Shown one piece after another: positions 31,919 through 42,898 of a stretch of 64,000 bases of DNA; position 1 is the stretch's first letter; each line of letters opens with the position of its first letter. The notes under the pieces were generated by a model. It had not been told where the DNA came from. It did not search any database and saw only the letters and a list, made by a program, of their open reading frames with translations. A program made the position numbers and the translations under genes. The stretch is taken from NCBI GenBank assembly GCA_051546255.1, contig CP128819.1, forward strand, positions 1,054,001-1,118,000, written 5' to 3'. The stretch comes from Meyerozyma guilliermondii (Eukaryota).

Positions 31919-33475
31919 ATGGTGGAGGTATCGTTAACCGTGGGCAAGCTCGATGCATCGCTTGCACTTCTCCTTACCAAGGATCATCATATGATTGAAT
32001 TTCCAACGATTTTGCTTCCAAATGGTGTCAGGGCCGGTTCGATTGTGAAAATAAGATGCGACCAAGACGTTGAAACTGAAAAACAAGAAGCTGCCAGGTT
32101 CCAGAAGGTTCAGGACGAGATTCTCGAGACGTTTGGCAAGAATATTCCCAAAGCTCCCGTGCTCAAAGTCAAAAATACCACACAAACTTCGTGTATTTTG
32201 GAATGGGAACCACTTGATTTGGGAATGGCCACGTTGAAAAACCTCGTTTTGTATAAAGACGGCCGCAAGCTCGGAGCTATACCTCAGCCGTTGACCAACA
32301 GAACCTCCAAGTTGTCTGGATTGCCCATTGACAAAACATTCCGTTTCCAATTGCGGTTGGACACCACTGCCGGTGTGTACCATTCTCAAGAAGTGGAGGT
32401 AACTACCCATAAAATGACCGATTTGTCGGGTATCACCATCTGTTTGGGCGACATGTCACCCAATGATCCCTTTACCGACACAGATATCGAAGCTGCGCTC
32501 AAGAATATGGGAGCACATTATCCTCCGCAACGCCTGGTGCAAGTGGACACCACTCATTTTGTGTGTACCCGAGAAAACAAACAGAACCCAGAGTTTGTGC
32601 GGGCGGGTGAGATGAACATTCCTATAATCCGTCCGGAATGGCTCAAGGCGTGTGAACGTGAACGTCGTATTGTAGGTGTACGAGACTTTTATGTGAAAGA
32701 CTGCGTATTGCCGGATATATTTGCGAGAAATTACTGGGCTGACAAGCAAGAACCAGAGGCACCGAAGGTTACTGGTTCGCTTGAGTCCAAACCGCAACCC
32801 GAAGTCCCAGAAACAAAAGAAACTGAGGCAGAAACAAAAACCGAGACTGAAGTTCCAGAAACTAAAGTAGCTGAAGCAGAATCTAAAGAAGCTGAGGAAG
32901 AAACTGAAACAAAATCTAAAGAAACTGAAGCAGAATCTAAACCTGTTGAACAAGATCCTCAAGTATCTGTAGAGGCTGAACCTGAAATCAAGCCAGAAGT
33001 TGCTGAACCTGACACCAAGCCAGACGTTGTTGAACCTGAGACCAAAGCAGAAGTTGCTGAACCCGAACCCAAAGAGGAACCAGAGAAAGCTGGTGTCGAG
33101 GCTGATGTGACTGATATTGCTGAAGCTGGCGCTTCGGACAACGGTGTGGCGCCTCCAACTCTCAATGACGTGGTAGGTACAGACGCTCCTGCTCCTGAAA
33201 CTGGGGACGTTGGTACAGCTTCTGAGACTGAGAAAGCTGGTACAGCTCCTGAAACTGAGGACGTTGGTACAGCTGAAACTGAGGTCCCCCACACAAAGGT
33301 CATAGATACAACCACAGCAAATTCCGCCGCTGATGTGGAGAGAGTGAGTGAGGCAGCAGAGCCGGAGAAGGAGGAGGAGAACGAGGAAAAAGAGGAGGAG
33401 AAAGAGGGTACCCCGGATACCGACGACAAGAAGAGTAAGAAAAAGAAGAAGAACAAGAAGAAGGGAAAGAAGTAG
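31919..33475 (+). CDS. CHS5: Exomer subunit Chs5
   Basis: [35 protein letters not shown]3 and BRCT domains, acidic tail ending in a poly-Lys stretch. Confidence 0.95.
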   Translation: MVEVSLTVGKLDASLALLLTKDHHMIEFPTILLPNGVRAGSIVKIRCDQDVETEKQEAARFQKVQDEILETFGKNIPKAPVLKVKNTTQTSCILEWEPLDLGMATLKNLVLYKDGRKLGAIPQPLTNRTSKLSGLPIDKTFRFQLRLDTTAGVYHSQEVEVTTHKMTDLSGITICLGDMSPNDPFTDTDIEAALKNMGAHYPPQRLVQVDTTHFVCTRENKQNPEFVRAGEMNIPIIRPEWLKACERERRIVGVRDFYVKDCVLPDIFARNYWADKQEPEAPKVTGSLESKPQPEVPETKETEAETKTETEVPETKVAEAESKEAEEETETKSKETEAESKPVEQDPQVSVEAEPEIKPEVAEPDTKPDVVEPETKAEVAEPEPKEEPEKAGVEADVTDIAEAGASDNGVAPPTLNDVVGTDAPAPETGDVGTASETEKAGTAPETEDVGTAETEVPHTKVIDTTTANSAADVERVSEAAEPEKEEENEEKEEEKEGTPDTDDKKSKKKKKNKKKGKK

Positions 33476-33640
33476 ATAAAAGTTTGTGAAGTGAAAAAGA
33501 AGTGAGAAATATCATGAACAATGTAGGTATATAGACAACTATTGCGACAACTATATCCTCTTTCAATTCACCATCACTCAATTCACTACTCAATTCACGC
33601 TACAATGCTCTCAGCAAATCATACATTACTCTACTCCCTT

Positions 33641-34009
33641 TTACTCTCCAAACAATCGTCTGACTCTCTTAAGTACCGAATCCTTCTCTGGGTCGTATGG
33701 GTGGTCCTTTGATGGAATCTCCAAAATCGCCGGAAACGCATCAGTATAGCTGTCCACCTTGTACCGAATGAGGTCTGCCAAGTGCTGGTTTATTAACAAG
33801 ATGGCAATGTCATCTCTGGCGCTGGTAAATTTATCAAACGCTGCCTCGATATCTTCGACACTTGTCTTTCCTGGCTGGACCGTCAAAAAGTTTGTCTCTT
33901 TTCCTTTTTCCGAAGTGACCTGTCCTACGCCCGCAAGAAGAAGTCCGGTGACAGTGTCCTCGTCGGCAATGGTGGCTATCAAAGCCCGCTTGTTCATTGC
34001 CTCAGCCAT
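33641..34009 (-). CDS. VMA7: V-ATPase subunit F
   Basis: [16 protein letters not shown]...[12 protein letters not shown]...[30 protein letters not shown]. Confidence 0.97.
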   Translation of the reverse strand: MAEAMNKRALIATIADEDTVTGLLLAGVGQVTSEKGKETNFLTVQPGKTSVEDIEAAFDKFTSARDDIAILLINQHLADLIRYKVDSYTDAFPAILEIPSKDHPYDPEKDSVLKRVRRLFGE

Positions 34010-34275
34010 GGAGAGATTGGTGAGATTCGTCGCGATAGGGACTGGTGCGTGGGTGCACGGGTGTGGAAAATAAATGAAAGAGCAAAATGGGAAAAACGCA
34101 CGAAAAACGGGTTTGGGGAGTTTTGCGGGATCTTGTTGGCGTTGGCAGGGTGTGTTCCAAAAATTGACTCTTTTCCTCTTTTTTTCACCCTGTTCGCCCA
34201 CTTCTTTCTTCAGGTTGTCTTCTCCTCGCACCCGTGCACCAGTCTTTAATCGCGAACGATGGGCGCAAAATCTCC

Positions 34276-35121
34276 ATGATTTCACAGTGTTGCACCAGGG
34301 CCCAACCAAAGGGTTTTTCTGCTGGTTTTCTCTTACGAGCTTTTTCCTCAGCCACCAAAGCAGCCGCAGGACACTCCAAGTGGCAAAATATCCGCCACGA
34401 CAAGGCCAAAAATGACGCCAAAAAGGCCCGAGAAGCCTACTCTTTGGCCACAAGAATCCAAGCTTCGGTCAAAACTGGCGGTGTTGATGGCAACGCACAG
34501 TTGGCTACGCTCATGGAGAAGGCACGGAAGCTCAACGTAACAAAAAAAATTATCGAAAATGCCATAAAACGAGGAACTGGAGAACTTTCCGTCGACGAAG
34601 GTTCGGCCGATGTAACCTATGAATTTGTTGGTCCTGGTGGAGCTGCGTTCATCATTGAGGCTTGCACGGACAATAAGAACCGAACTGTGGGGTTGGTGAA
34701 GCATGCCATGTCGAAATTTTCAGCGAGTATGAGTCCATGTCAATACCTTTTCGAGCGCAAAGGAACGGTGATATTTGAGCCATTGAGTAGCACCGAAACC
34801 ATTGATGACGTTTTGGAGGTTGCTATCGATGTGGGGGCTGAGGACGTGGAGGTTTTTGATGACGTTGATGACGAATATGGAGGAGAAAGTCTCTTTAGAG
34901 TGATTACAGATGCTCAAGATGTGTTTGCAGTTTCGAATCTGCTCTCGGAAAAAGGTTACAAACTTCGAGATTCCAAGACCCAGTTTCTTCCCGTGGGCGA
35001 TAATGTGGTGGAGGTGCCCAGTGACCACGAAAAGCTGTATGGAAAAGCCATGGACTTGTTGGACGAGGTGAGCGAGATCACCAACATTTACACGAATGTT
35101 AAGGTGAAGCGAGAGCAGTGA
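34276..35121 (+). CDS. DPC29: Mitochondrial YebC/TACO1-family protein (YGR021W ortholog)
   Basis: [26 protein letters not shown]...TDNKNRT; head-to-head with VMA7 as in S. cerevisiae. Confidence 0.88.
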   Translation: MISQCCTRAQPKGFSAGFLLRAFSSATKAAAGHSKWQNIRHDKAKNDAKKAREAYSLATRIQASVKTGGVDGNAQLATLMEKARKLNVTKKIIENAIKRGTGELSVDEGSADVTYEFVGPGGAAFIIEACTDNKNRTVGLVKHAMSKFSASMSPCQYLFERKGTVIFEPLSSTETIDDVLEVAIDVGAEDVEVFDDVDDEYGGESLFRVITDAQDVFAVSNLLSEKGYKLRDSKTQFLPVGDNVVEVPSDHEKLYGKAMDLLDEVSEITNIYTNVKVKREQ

Positions 35122-35477
35122 GGAAAATAGCTGTACATAGTGGTTAGAAGAAGTAAAGTGGACGAAAGTTCATAAGAAGAAAAATTAAGAGTAATAATTG
35201 AATCAGTCAAGTCATTGGTTTGAGTCAAATAGTCAATTGAATTGATCACGTTTCAATTGAATTAATCATTTGGACGAGCAATATAAACAATGAGTTTATA
35301 AGCCAAAATAGAATTGAGTCAAATTGAGTCAATAATTTCCCAATTCAAGTAGTTTTTATTAGTTTTTCAATTAATCCTTCAATTCGTTTTCAATTCGTTT
35401 TCAATTGGTATCCAATTAGTTTTTCATTTACTCTTGTTCAATACACTCAACCTCGTCTTAATGCTTGTATTCACTAC

Positions 35478-35714
35478 CTACTCCTTGCTCTCCTTTTCCT
35501 TCTGCACCTCCTTGTTCAAAACGTCATCCAACGTCGACAAATTGGCATTTTGCCATAACCGCAATTCCTTGTCGTAAGCAAAATGTCTATAAGTGAAGTA
35601 TACACCCGAGGCACAAGCGACACCGACAGCAGCAAACAAGGGGTACATTTCTACGGGCACCTTTGTCTTGGGGGCGGCCTTGGCAGCATTTAACAATACT
35701 CTGGAGGGTCTCAT
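35478..35714 (-). CDS. MIN8: NDUFA4/MLRQ-like small mitochondrial protein (YPR010C-A ortholog)
   Basis: [12 protein letters not shown]...[23 protein letters not shown]...[12 protein letters not shown] resembles yeast Min8. Confidence 0.8.
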   Translation of the reverse strand: MRPSRVLLNAAKAAPKTKVPVEMYPLFAAVGVACASGVYFTYRHFAYDKELRLWQNANLSTLDDVLNKEVQKEKESKE

Positions 35715-36410
35715 GGTTAAGGATGAGGTGATGTTGGAGCGAAAATCGAGCGTTGTGGTTGGACGTGGGTCACGTGCGCGTGGGGATGAGATGGGGAAGG
35801 TAATGGAGTGGAGGGACAAAGTTAAGGGACAAGAAGGAGATGGGGTCTTGAAGGGTTTGGGGTTTACTTGAAGACATTTGTATTGATTGAGTTTGTTTGG
35901 TTTGTTTTCTGATTTTTATGAATATGTAAATTATTGCACCCATTTCACCGTACCTCGTTCTCGTTCTCGTTCTCGTTCCGGTACTTGACGAGTGAATGGT
36001 CAATGGTATGAAATCTATAAATAAGACATGATTATGTCTATTGTATGCGCTGGGTAGCTGTAAACTCTTTAGTCTCAAGACTTAGTCTTGAACTAGTTGA
36101 GCTCTGTCGTTAAGCTCTTGGATTAGGGCAAGTTAAGTCTTAGTAGCACTTGCCCTAACTCTTTGTCTTCTAAGTCTTCCTTTTCATAAAGCACTTAGCA
36201 ATTGGCTTCTCCAAGTCTTTATCTTTTGTCCTAACTCTTTGTCTTGACTCTGTCTTATACTTGAGTCATTTTAGTCCATCAATACTAAAATACTAAATGA
36301 ATATTCAAATAGCGTTTTGGTGTTGACAGCCTCAAGTATCAAATATCGAGTGTGGATTGGATAGCAATTCATGACCACAGTAGAGCCTCGTCAAATCAGC
36401 TGACGAAAAT

Positions 36411-36809
36411 TCAAGAGCGTTTACCTCTTCTCAAAATATAAGGAGTATTAGGTACAATACTCCCATTGCTCTTTCCAATTTCTAGTAATTCTTCCACTTG
36501 TGCACAATAATCTACGTCTGCATTATACGTAGGTGCATGAGTATTATTTCTCGTCAACTGTTCAAAGTCCTCTTTTTGGCCAATCACTTGCTGTGGATTC
36601 TTGGTGGTCTTTACAAAAGGAACAGCAGTATATGTTTTCTCATCAAAGAAACCAAAAAGGTACCCATCCCCTATCTCTCTCGTACCTGATCTCAACCCCC
36701 ACATATGAAGATAACAAATCATGTTGTCATCCAAGTTAGTTACCAATTCTGGTAAAGCAGCAATGGCATAAGATATGCACACAAGACCACAAACAATTCT
36801 TAATTTCAT
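36411..36809 (-). CDS. Orphan small secreted protein (132 aa)
   Basis: ATG ORF with signal-peptide-like MKLRIVCGLVCISYAIA/ALP; TATAAAA about 35 bp upstream on the minus strand; no recognised family. Confidence 0.6.
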   Translation of the reverse strand: MKLRIVCGLVCISYAIAALPELVTNLDDNMICYLHMWGLRSGTREIGDGYLFGFFDEKTYTAVPFVKTTKNPQQVIGQKEDFEQLTRNNTHAPTYNADVDYCAQVEELLEIGKSNGSIVPNTPYILRRGKRS

Positions 36810-37738
36810 TTGATTAATAGGATATTCCGTCTTTCCGTTTCCTTTTATAGGCTAGTGAGGGGAATATGCGATCAACTCTTTTGTTAACTACCTCTTTAAT
36901 CAGCTTCTGCCAGCTGTGATCTCGTAAACTTAGACTTGATGGAATTAATCTGGTACGACGGCGCGGAAAGAGAAAGATAAATGTGATCTTATCAGCACCA
37001 GGTGACTCTTTTGGGGCCCCTTTATTGCTGGTTGATTGATCAGCAATTTTTAAAAGGCGGCTTAGACTATCGTGTGGGTAGTGGCGCTGATAAGCTTATT
37101 CATATCATCGAAGATTCTATTGTCTCAAGCTCGCAGATTATGCAACATTATTTGCTCGGAGATATCATAGACCTTTAGTGCTTTGAATCAAAATGTTGTG
37201 TCTTTAAAGTTGGTGAGACATTTGATAGGTGTGCTGAGTGCGATAAGACTGTCAATTATGTAATTATGTAATTCCATGCCCACGAAATGATGGACGGCTC
37301 AAGCGCAATTCAGTTTCCCAAATCAATCATTGAAATTGGTTGCAAAAAGTTCTTTTTGGTTCTTTTAGCTTCTCTTGCCACAGTTTATATCAGTTTTATG
37401 TTGCAAAGTGCATATGATACGGCATGGGTGTGGGGCTGATGCTGCAATTGGCCCCATACTGTGCGGCGCCGAAAAAATGTGTCAAATATAAAAATGACTT
37501 TACAGGGTATGAATTGCAATCAGCGGCTTGAAACTTCTTGAACATTGTCAATTCATGACAAAGGCAATGTACAATTTAACAAGAATTTTAAATTGAATTT
37601 AAGTTGGGTCAATATTGCTTAGTGCCATATTTCCTAATACCTATTTAAGCCCCAATATTGCGCTCTAGCCTCTCTATTGCCTAATGCGATAAGACCTCAA
37701 GCTATAAATATGGGTTCCTGAGATCACAAATCTCAACA

Positions 37739-37945
37739 ATGTCAAGTTCAGACGACCACTTATTACAAATCACAAGGCTCACCTCAAACCTCTCAAACGA
37801 AGGCTCAAACTTGGACAGATTAATGCAAATTGTTCGGGATATTGATATCGACCGCCCGCTGCAAGTCAAAACTGAAGATGGAATTACTCAAGGCAATCTC
37901 AAGTTTGGCAATTGGTTCAAGGCAAAATTTGCTTATAGTCCCTGA
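37739..37945 (+). CDS. Orphan 68-aa protein
   Basis: Good start context (CAACAATGTCA) directly downstream of AGCTATAAATATGGG (37700-37714). Confidence 0.45.
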   Translation: MSSSDDHLLQITRLTSNLSNEGSNLDRLMQIVRDIDIDRPLQVKTEDGITQGNLKFGNWFKAKFAYSP

Positions 37946-38603
37946 TACTTTCAACAAGACATGAATTTATTGAGGAGTTTGGTATTATGTCTGGTCAATT
38001 GATCCATTTGTCTGGGGCCAATAGAAGGATTTGATGTTTTTTAGTTAGTTTTGTTTTTATGAATATATTTGAATTGCACCCATTTACTGACTTCTTTCCG
38101 GCAATGTCAATGGTGTGGATCTATAAACAGAAATGGTAATGTCTATGTCGTATGCGTCTGGTGAGCTGTCTGCTCTTAGTCTTCCTAAGTCTTTTCAAGA
38201 CTTAGTATTAGTGTTCTTGAACTCGTTGAGCTGAGTCGTTAGGCTCTTAGACTAAGGCTAGTTATACCTTAGCTTGTCTTGAATCCAGTATTAAGCTTTC
38301 TTAGCTCCTTGTACTAAGCACTTGGTCTTGACTCGACTTCTTAGTCTACCTTTTGTCTAGACATTTGGTCCTAGCTCTTTGTCTTCCAAGTCTTGACTCT
38401 TCTTAGCTCTTTCTTATCTCCAACTCTTCTCTGTCAACTCTCAATCTTACTCCATGTCTTCCAAGTCTTAACTCTTTGTATTCCAAGTCTCGATTCTTCG
38501 TCTTTACCTTTTGTCCTCTCTCTTAACTTTGTCTTAACTTTGTCTTAACTCCAAGTCTCAATCTTCTCTTGACAATCTTAAGCTTTAGTCACTTTCCTTC
38601 CTC

Positions 38604-39554
38604 CTACCACTGTCGTATAGCTTCCTTCATCGTATCGTAGCAGAGCCAACTAACAGCCATGGACGGCACAATTTTATACAAATTCGCCGTTAATCCCTTG
38701 TAGGCACCAAAAAACCCTTCCTGCTTAAATATAGAAGAAAGTGCATGCCACACCAGTCGGTACTGAAACCCCAATTCTCCGCCAGCCATATTGGCTACTT
38801 GGTACCTTTTCCTCAACAAATCCAATGGATATATGAGCACACCACCTACAAAACTGGAAAACGCTCCTGCTCCTAGCTTCCACATGGGACTTTCAAACCC
38901 TTGAGAAGCATCCATGGAGTCTCGAAGCTTTTCGTAAAGGGCAAAGTTAATGGCCACATATGGAGCCACGCCCATGGTAGTGGGTACAATTCCTCTGTAC
39001 AACGCCAAAAAACCTCCCTCGTTCTTATAAACGTGCACAAGGGTCTCTACAATGCCCGGAGCTCGCACCATTTTGGCTTTTTCAAGCCTTGAAAGCGACG
39101 CCGTTTGCACGGTAATTCGAGCCCGAACCAAGTCCAATGGGTATGTCACCGCCACAGAAACGATCCCACCGACCAGTCCCGCCGCTAAGCGTTCATACGC
39201 CAGAAGATCGTGGCCAGGTGGCTTGTGATCCATCATCAATTCTTTGCACTTTTCAAACACCGCAAACTGAACCGCACTATATGGAAAGATCCGAACACAA
39301 TTGAGCAAATTCCCTCGAAACAAACCCTTCCACCCTTCTTCCGCGTACATTCGTGCAATCGTCGGGAACATTCCTCGGTACACTTGGGCCGAACCCGGGC
39401 CTTGAAGTTGGAGCAAAATTTTGGCCCGCTCAAAAGGAGACACCACCGTCCTCGAAACAGCTCCCGCGACTCCGCCCGCTAGAAAGGACGCGTTGGACTC
39501 GTTTTTGACAAACGCCTTGGTCTCGCTGACCATACCCGTCCATAGCGACCCCAT
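38604..39554 (-). CDS. MRX21: Mitochondrial carrier (YPR011C-like)
   Basis: Three carrier repeats (SPFERAKILLQ, YPLDLVRAR, YPLDLLRKR); GGELGFQY motif; neighbour of MIN8 as in S. cerevisiae. Confidence 0.85.
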   Translation of the reverse strand: MGSLWTGMVSETKAFVKNESNASFLAGGVAGAVSRTVVSPFERAKILLQLQGPGSAQVYRGMFPTIARMYAEEGWKGLFRGNLLNCVRIFPYSAVQFAVFEKCKELMMDHKPPGHDLLAYERLAAGLVGGIVSVAVTYPLDLVRARITVQTASLSRLEKAKMVRAPGIVETLVHVYKNEGGFLALYRGIVPTTMGVAPYVAINFALYEKLRDSMDASQGFESPMWKLGAGAFSSFVGGVLIYPLDLLRKRYQVANMAGGELGFQYRLVWHALSSIFKQEGFFGAYKGLTANLYKIVPSMAVSWLCYDTMKEAIRQW

Positions 39555-39702
39555 TTGGTCAACACAGCTGCCCGGCGTTTGGTGAGAATTTGGTTTGTAG
39601 TGGTGCACGGGTGCGCACGAGAAATCAGAACAATAACCATAAGCACGAGATCAAGAGGTAAGCTGCTGTAATTTTCATTGGCTTGGTGGAGTTCTGCATT
39701 AG

Positions 39703-40809
39703 CTATATACTCACCTCATCAAGGTTTGGCGGCACCCGTGGCTGGGAGGGACCCGTCTCAAAGTAACTGGTCGTGTTCCAGAGAACCATGCGTGATATTT
39801 GAACTGCAATAGACTCGATGCTCACCTCACGGTCGTAGATGGTTGACTCGGTCCAAAAGCATATTAGCGGCCAATTGTGGACCTGGGCCAATTGCCGGTC
39901 CAACTTGACTCGTCCTGGTACAGACTGGGCTAATTTTTCGATTGCAGGTGCCAAAAACTCCTCGGATCCATACGTAATGTACCACCCGTACCGAGGCTCG
40001 ACAGTGGTGGTGTTGGTGAAATTTGACCCTAGACGCCTTTTCCAACCATCAATGGTATTGCGGCAGATAAAGTCGTCTGTTGCGGTACTGAAGCCGTGTT
40101 CTTCGCCCACTACAGGCGATATCAACACCGCTGCAGCAACACCACCCTCATAATTCGCAGCCATTTCGCACATCTGCAGCAACGCAAACGAAGAACCCAC
40201 CGAGTCGCTCGCTACCACTACGTGACAATTGGATCCTTCTGGTACCAAGTCGCTCACAGAAACACTACCATTGCCATTTCCATACTTTGGCACTGCTATC
40301 ACCGGGTTTGTAAATCCTTGTTCGAGAAACTTGACCGCTAGTAAAGAAAGAAACTCAGTATAAAGCTCTCCATTTTCGTCGCCAAGCCCTATTCCTCCGT
40401 GGAAATAAAGAACGAGAAGATCTATGGGAAACTGGTCTCTGCTCTTTGAACCAAACACTCGAATCGTCTTTTTGTGTTGAACTGTGATGTCTCCAAGACC
40501 ATGAGCAGCATAGCGACTACGACGACTGTCGGTTAAAAAATGTACTCCAATCTCTTCAAACGGTTTCAATTCATTTTCCAAAGCTGCTTTGAGATACTGT
40601 ACAAGAATATACCCTTTTGTGGTCACCTGTTGGCTGAAATGGCTCCGGTAAGGAAATGGCGTCACTCGTCTCTCCAACGCTTTGCACAAGGAACCGAAAA
40701 TAAATTTGATAGTGTAAAATGCATGCCACCAGCGCAGCGGATGGAGAAGGACGACAACACTACTGACGACGAGATAGAACAAAATATCATTCAAATCAAC
40801 TGGAAACAT
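39703..40809 (-). CDS. Alpha/beta hydrolase-fold protein (Say1-like), degenerate motifs
   Basis: N-terminal hydrophobic anchor, LYFHGG, nucleophile elbow SDSVG, VLISP, YGSEE, QVHNWP. Confidence 0.6.
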   Translation of the reverse strand: MFPVDLNDILFYLVVSSVVVLLHPLRWWHAFYTIKFIFGSLCKALERRVTPFPYRSHFSQQVTTKGYILVQYLKAALENELKPFEEIGVHFLTDSRRSRYAAHGLGDITVQHKKTIRVFGSKSRDQFPIDLLVLYFHGGIGLGDENGELYTEFLSLLAVKFLEQGFTNPVIAVPKYGNGNGSVSVSDLVPEGSNCHVVVASDSVGSSFALLQMCEMAANYEGGVAAAVLISPVVGEEHGFSTATDDFICRNTIDGWKRRLGSNFTNTTTVEPRYGWYITYGSEEFLAPAIEKLAQSVPGRVKLDRQLAQVHNWPLICFWTESTIYDREVSIESIAVQISRMVLWNTTSYFETGPSQPRVPPNLDEVSI

Positions 40810-40868
40810 AGTGGTACAAATTCACCTCGCGAAATTCTGCGTTTGTGCAAAATAACCACCGTCTTAAA

Positions 40869-42281
40869 TTAGTAAGATCCCAAAACCTTCTCAATAGCAG
40901 CCACCAAGATATCGGCATGCTTCTGTTCAAACACCAATGTTGGACGCAAACGAACCGAAGCCTCAGCGCAGCCTCCAATGTTCACACCAGCAGCTCTCAT
41001 ATCACTAAGAAATTTGTTTCTGGCGTCTCCAGAAGGCAAGTCCCAGGCGATGAAAGTTGCTCTGTTCTTTCCTCTGAGGTTCTGAAGATACTTGGGGTAC
41101 TTGGATTGCAACGACTCCAATTTCTTGAACAAGTAGTCACCAACCTCTTGTGCCTTGGCGGCCAAGTCGTGCTTGACAATCTCGTCACCGATAGCTCCAG
41201 CCAAGATCATTCTGGCTGGGTCTCCACACCAGGTGTTGAATTGACGATAAGCAAAATCAGGAACAAGTTCTGGGTCATGGAAGAAGTAACCAGCGGACTG
41301 GAACTTCTTTGAAAAAGTGACAAGATCTGGAGGAGGACTCAAGTTGAAATGTTCGTGACACCAGAATGTGCCGGTTGCTCCAACACCAGTTTGGACTTCG
41401 TCCATGATCAAAAGAGCGCCGTGCTTGATGGTGATGTCACGAAGTCCTTGGAAGAACTCGGCTGAACCATGGTTGTCACCACCCTCCGATTGAATTGGCT
41501 CGATCAAAAGACCAGCAATTGGACATTTCCAAGTAGAGAAAATGTCTTCAACAATCTTGAGACATCTTTCGTCCTCGCGTTTGTTCTCCTCCTTGTGTTC
41601 TTCCAAGGGGTATTTGTAGCTAGGATATTGTGCCTTGGGCCACTTGAACGAGGGAAGATCCATCTTGTGGATTGGCTTGGAGCACGTGGTGGATCCAGAA
41701 GCAAACAAGCGCCCGTGGAAAGATCTCTCGAACGATAAGATGGCCAATTCTGGAGATCCTGGAGCCTGGTTCTTCATGACCGACTCGTTTTCCTCGGCTG
41801 TAAAAGGTTTGGCGTAGCCTCTCTTCTTGGATTGGTACCAGAAGAAGACGGCCTTGAACGCCAATTCCACAGCGTCGGCACCAGATAACCCAGACCACAA
41901 CTTGTCCTGACCCTTAGGAGCAAACTCCAACAATTTCAGGGTGATTTCCTTCAAATCAGCACCTGGGAAGTTTCCCATCGCAGGTCGGTCGACGATGGCA
42001 CGAATCATCTTGTCTGATTTTGCGGTTTTAATCAACTCGGGGTTGTTGTAACCGAGAGGAATCGATGCAATCTGGGCGTACACATCCAAGTATAAGTTTC
42101 CATCGACATCGGCAATGTAATTACCCTCAGATTTTTGGTAGTCGGCAACAAAGTAAGCTGCTCTAGAATCAAAAGTCTTGTCAAGAGTCTTGATCTCAGC
42201 CTTGCTGGCTTCGCCAGTAGATGACGAAGAGACCACAGGAGCAGAGGGTTCTCTGGGAAAGTATTTTTCACAAATGGACAT
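40869..42281 (-). CDS. UGA1: 4-aminobutyrate aminotransferase
   Basis: MSICEKYFPREP, YAQIASIPLGYNNP, FHGRLFASGS, EPIQSEGGDNH, DEVQTGVGATG, TFSKK. Confidence 0.97.
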   Translation of the reverse strand: MSICEKYFPREPSAPVVSSSSTGEASKAEIKTLDKTFDSRAAYFVADYQKSEGNYIADVDGNLYLDVYAQIASIPLGYNNPELIKTAKSDKMIRAIVDRPAMGNFPGADLKEITLKLLEFAPKGQDKLWSGLSGADAVELAFKAVFFWYQSKKRGYAKPFTAEENESVMKNQAPGSPELAILSFERSFHGRLFASGSTTCSKPIHKMDLPSFKWPKAQYPSYKYPLEEHKEENKREDERCLKIVEDIFSTWKCPIAGLLIEPIQSEGGDNHGSAEFFQGLRDITIKHGALLIMDEVQTGVGATGTFWCHEHFNLSPPPDLVTFSKKFQSAGYFFHDPELVPDFAYRQFNTWCGDPARMILAGAIGDEIVKHDLAAKAQEVGDYLFKKLESLQSKYPKYLQNLRGKNRATFIAWDLPSGDARNKFLSDMRAAGVNIGGCAEASVRLRPTLVFEQKHADILVAAIEKVLGSY

Positions 42282-42898
42282 GAATTGATTGGTAGCGGCT
42301 GGAAAAGTGCACCTTTATAGGTGTTGCTTTCGGCGCAAACGGAAAAGCCGCCAGTGCGCTTACTGCCCGATTTGGGATGGGGGTGCGACAGCGGTCGGAC
42401 CTGCATGCAGTGTTGGGATGCCTGATGAATGAAACCACAAAAATGGCGGAATGGCGGCATTTGGCGGCCCTTTATAGACGCCAGCAAAGATGTGTGACCT
42501 TCAAGTCGGTTTAGGTCGGATTAAAGTAGGACCGGTAATGCTGCATGAGGTGCGGTGACGTGCGTCGTCCTGCACTAAGCGAGGGATGTTTTGCAGCCAT
42601 ATTGGAGACTCTGGACTATTTAAGGAGGCAATTCGCTGATTTTTTTTGGAAATCTTTTTATCTGTAGAAGCTGTTTATTACAGTTTAAAAAGGGAGAAAG
42701 TGGATGGAAAAGTTAGGGTGTAGTTGGTCACAGCTGAAATTTGCAAACGGAGCACAAAACTTACTCAAATAATCACATCGAATGCTTTCCAAATGGAGGC
42801 TGCTTCTTGACTCCTTAGAACTCAAGGAACTCAAGGTTAGTTTCCCAATTAATTTCTTTCTTTGCTTCCTTTTTGGCTTCTTCTTCGCTTTCCTGCAC

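Larger units (their letters stand above)
35890..38540. repeat. Diverged direct repeat (about 35890-36270 and 38035-38540) enclosing a 1.7-kb AT-rich island
   Basis: Shared ordered words TTTTTATGAATAT, ATTGCACCCATTT, GTCAATGGT, ATCTATAAA, GTATGCG, TCAAGACTTAGT, CTTGAACT.GTTGAGCT..GTCGTTA.GCTCTT. Confidence 0.8.

Noticed and set aside
33641..34453. 270-aa extended Vma7 overlapping DPC29
   Set aside because: Homology begins at ATG 34009; the extension is simply stop-free sequence running through the divergent promoter and the neighbouring gene.
35890..38540. Full LTR retrotransposon between the direct repeats
   Set aside because: No TG...CA termini, PBS/PPT or gag-pol remnants recognised; kept only as a direct-repeat-bounded island.
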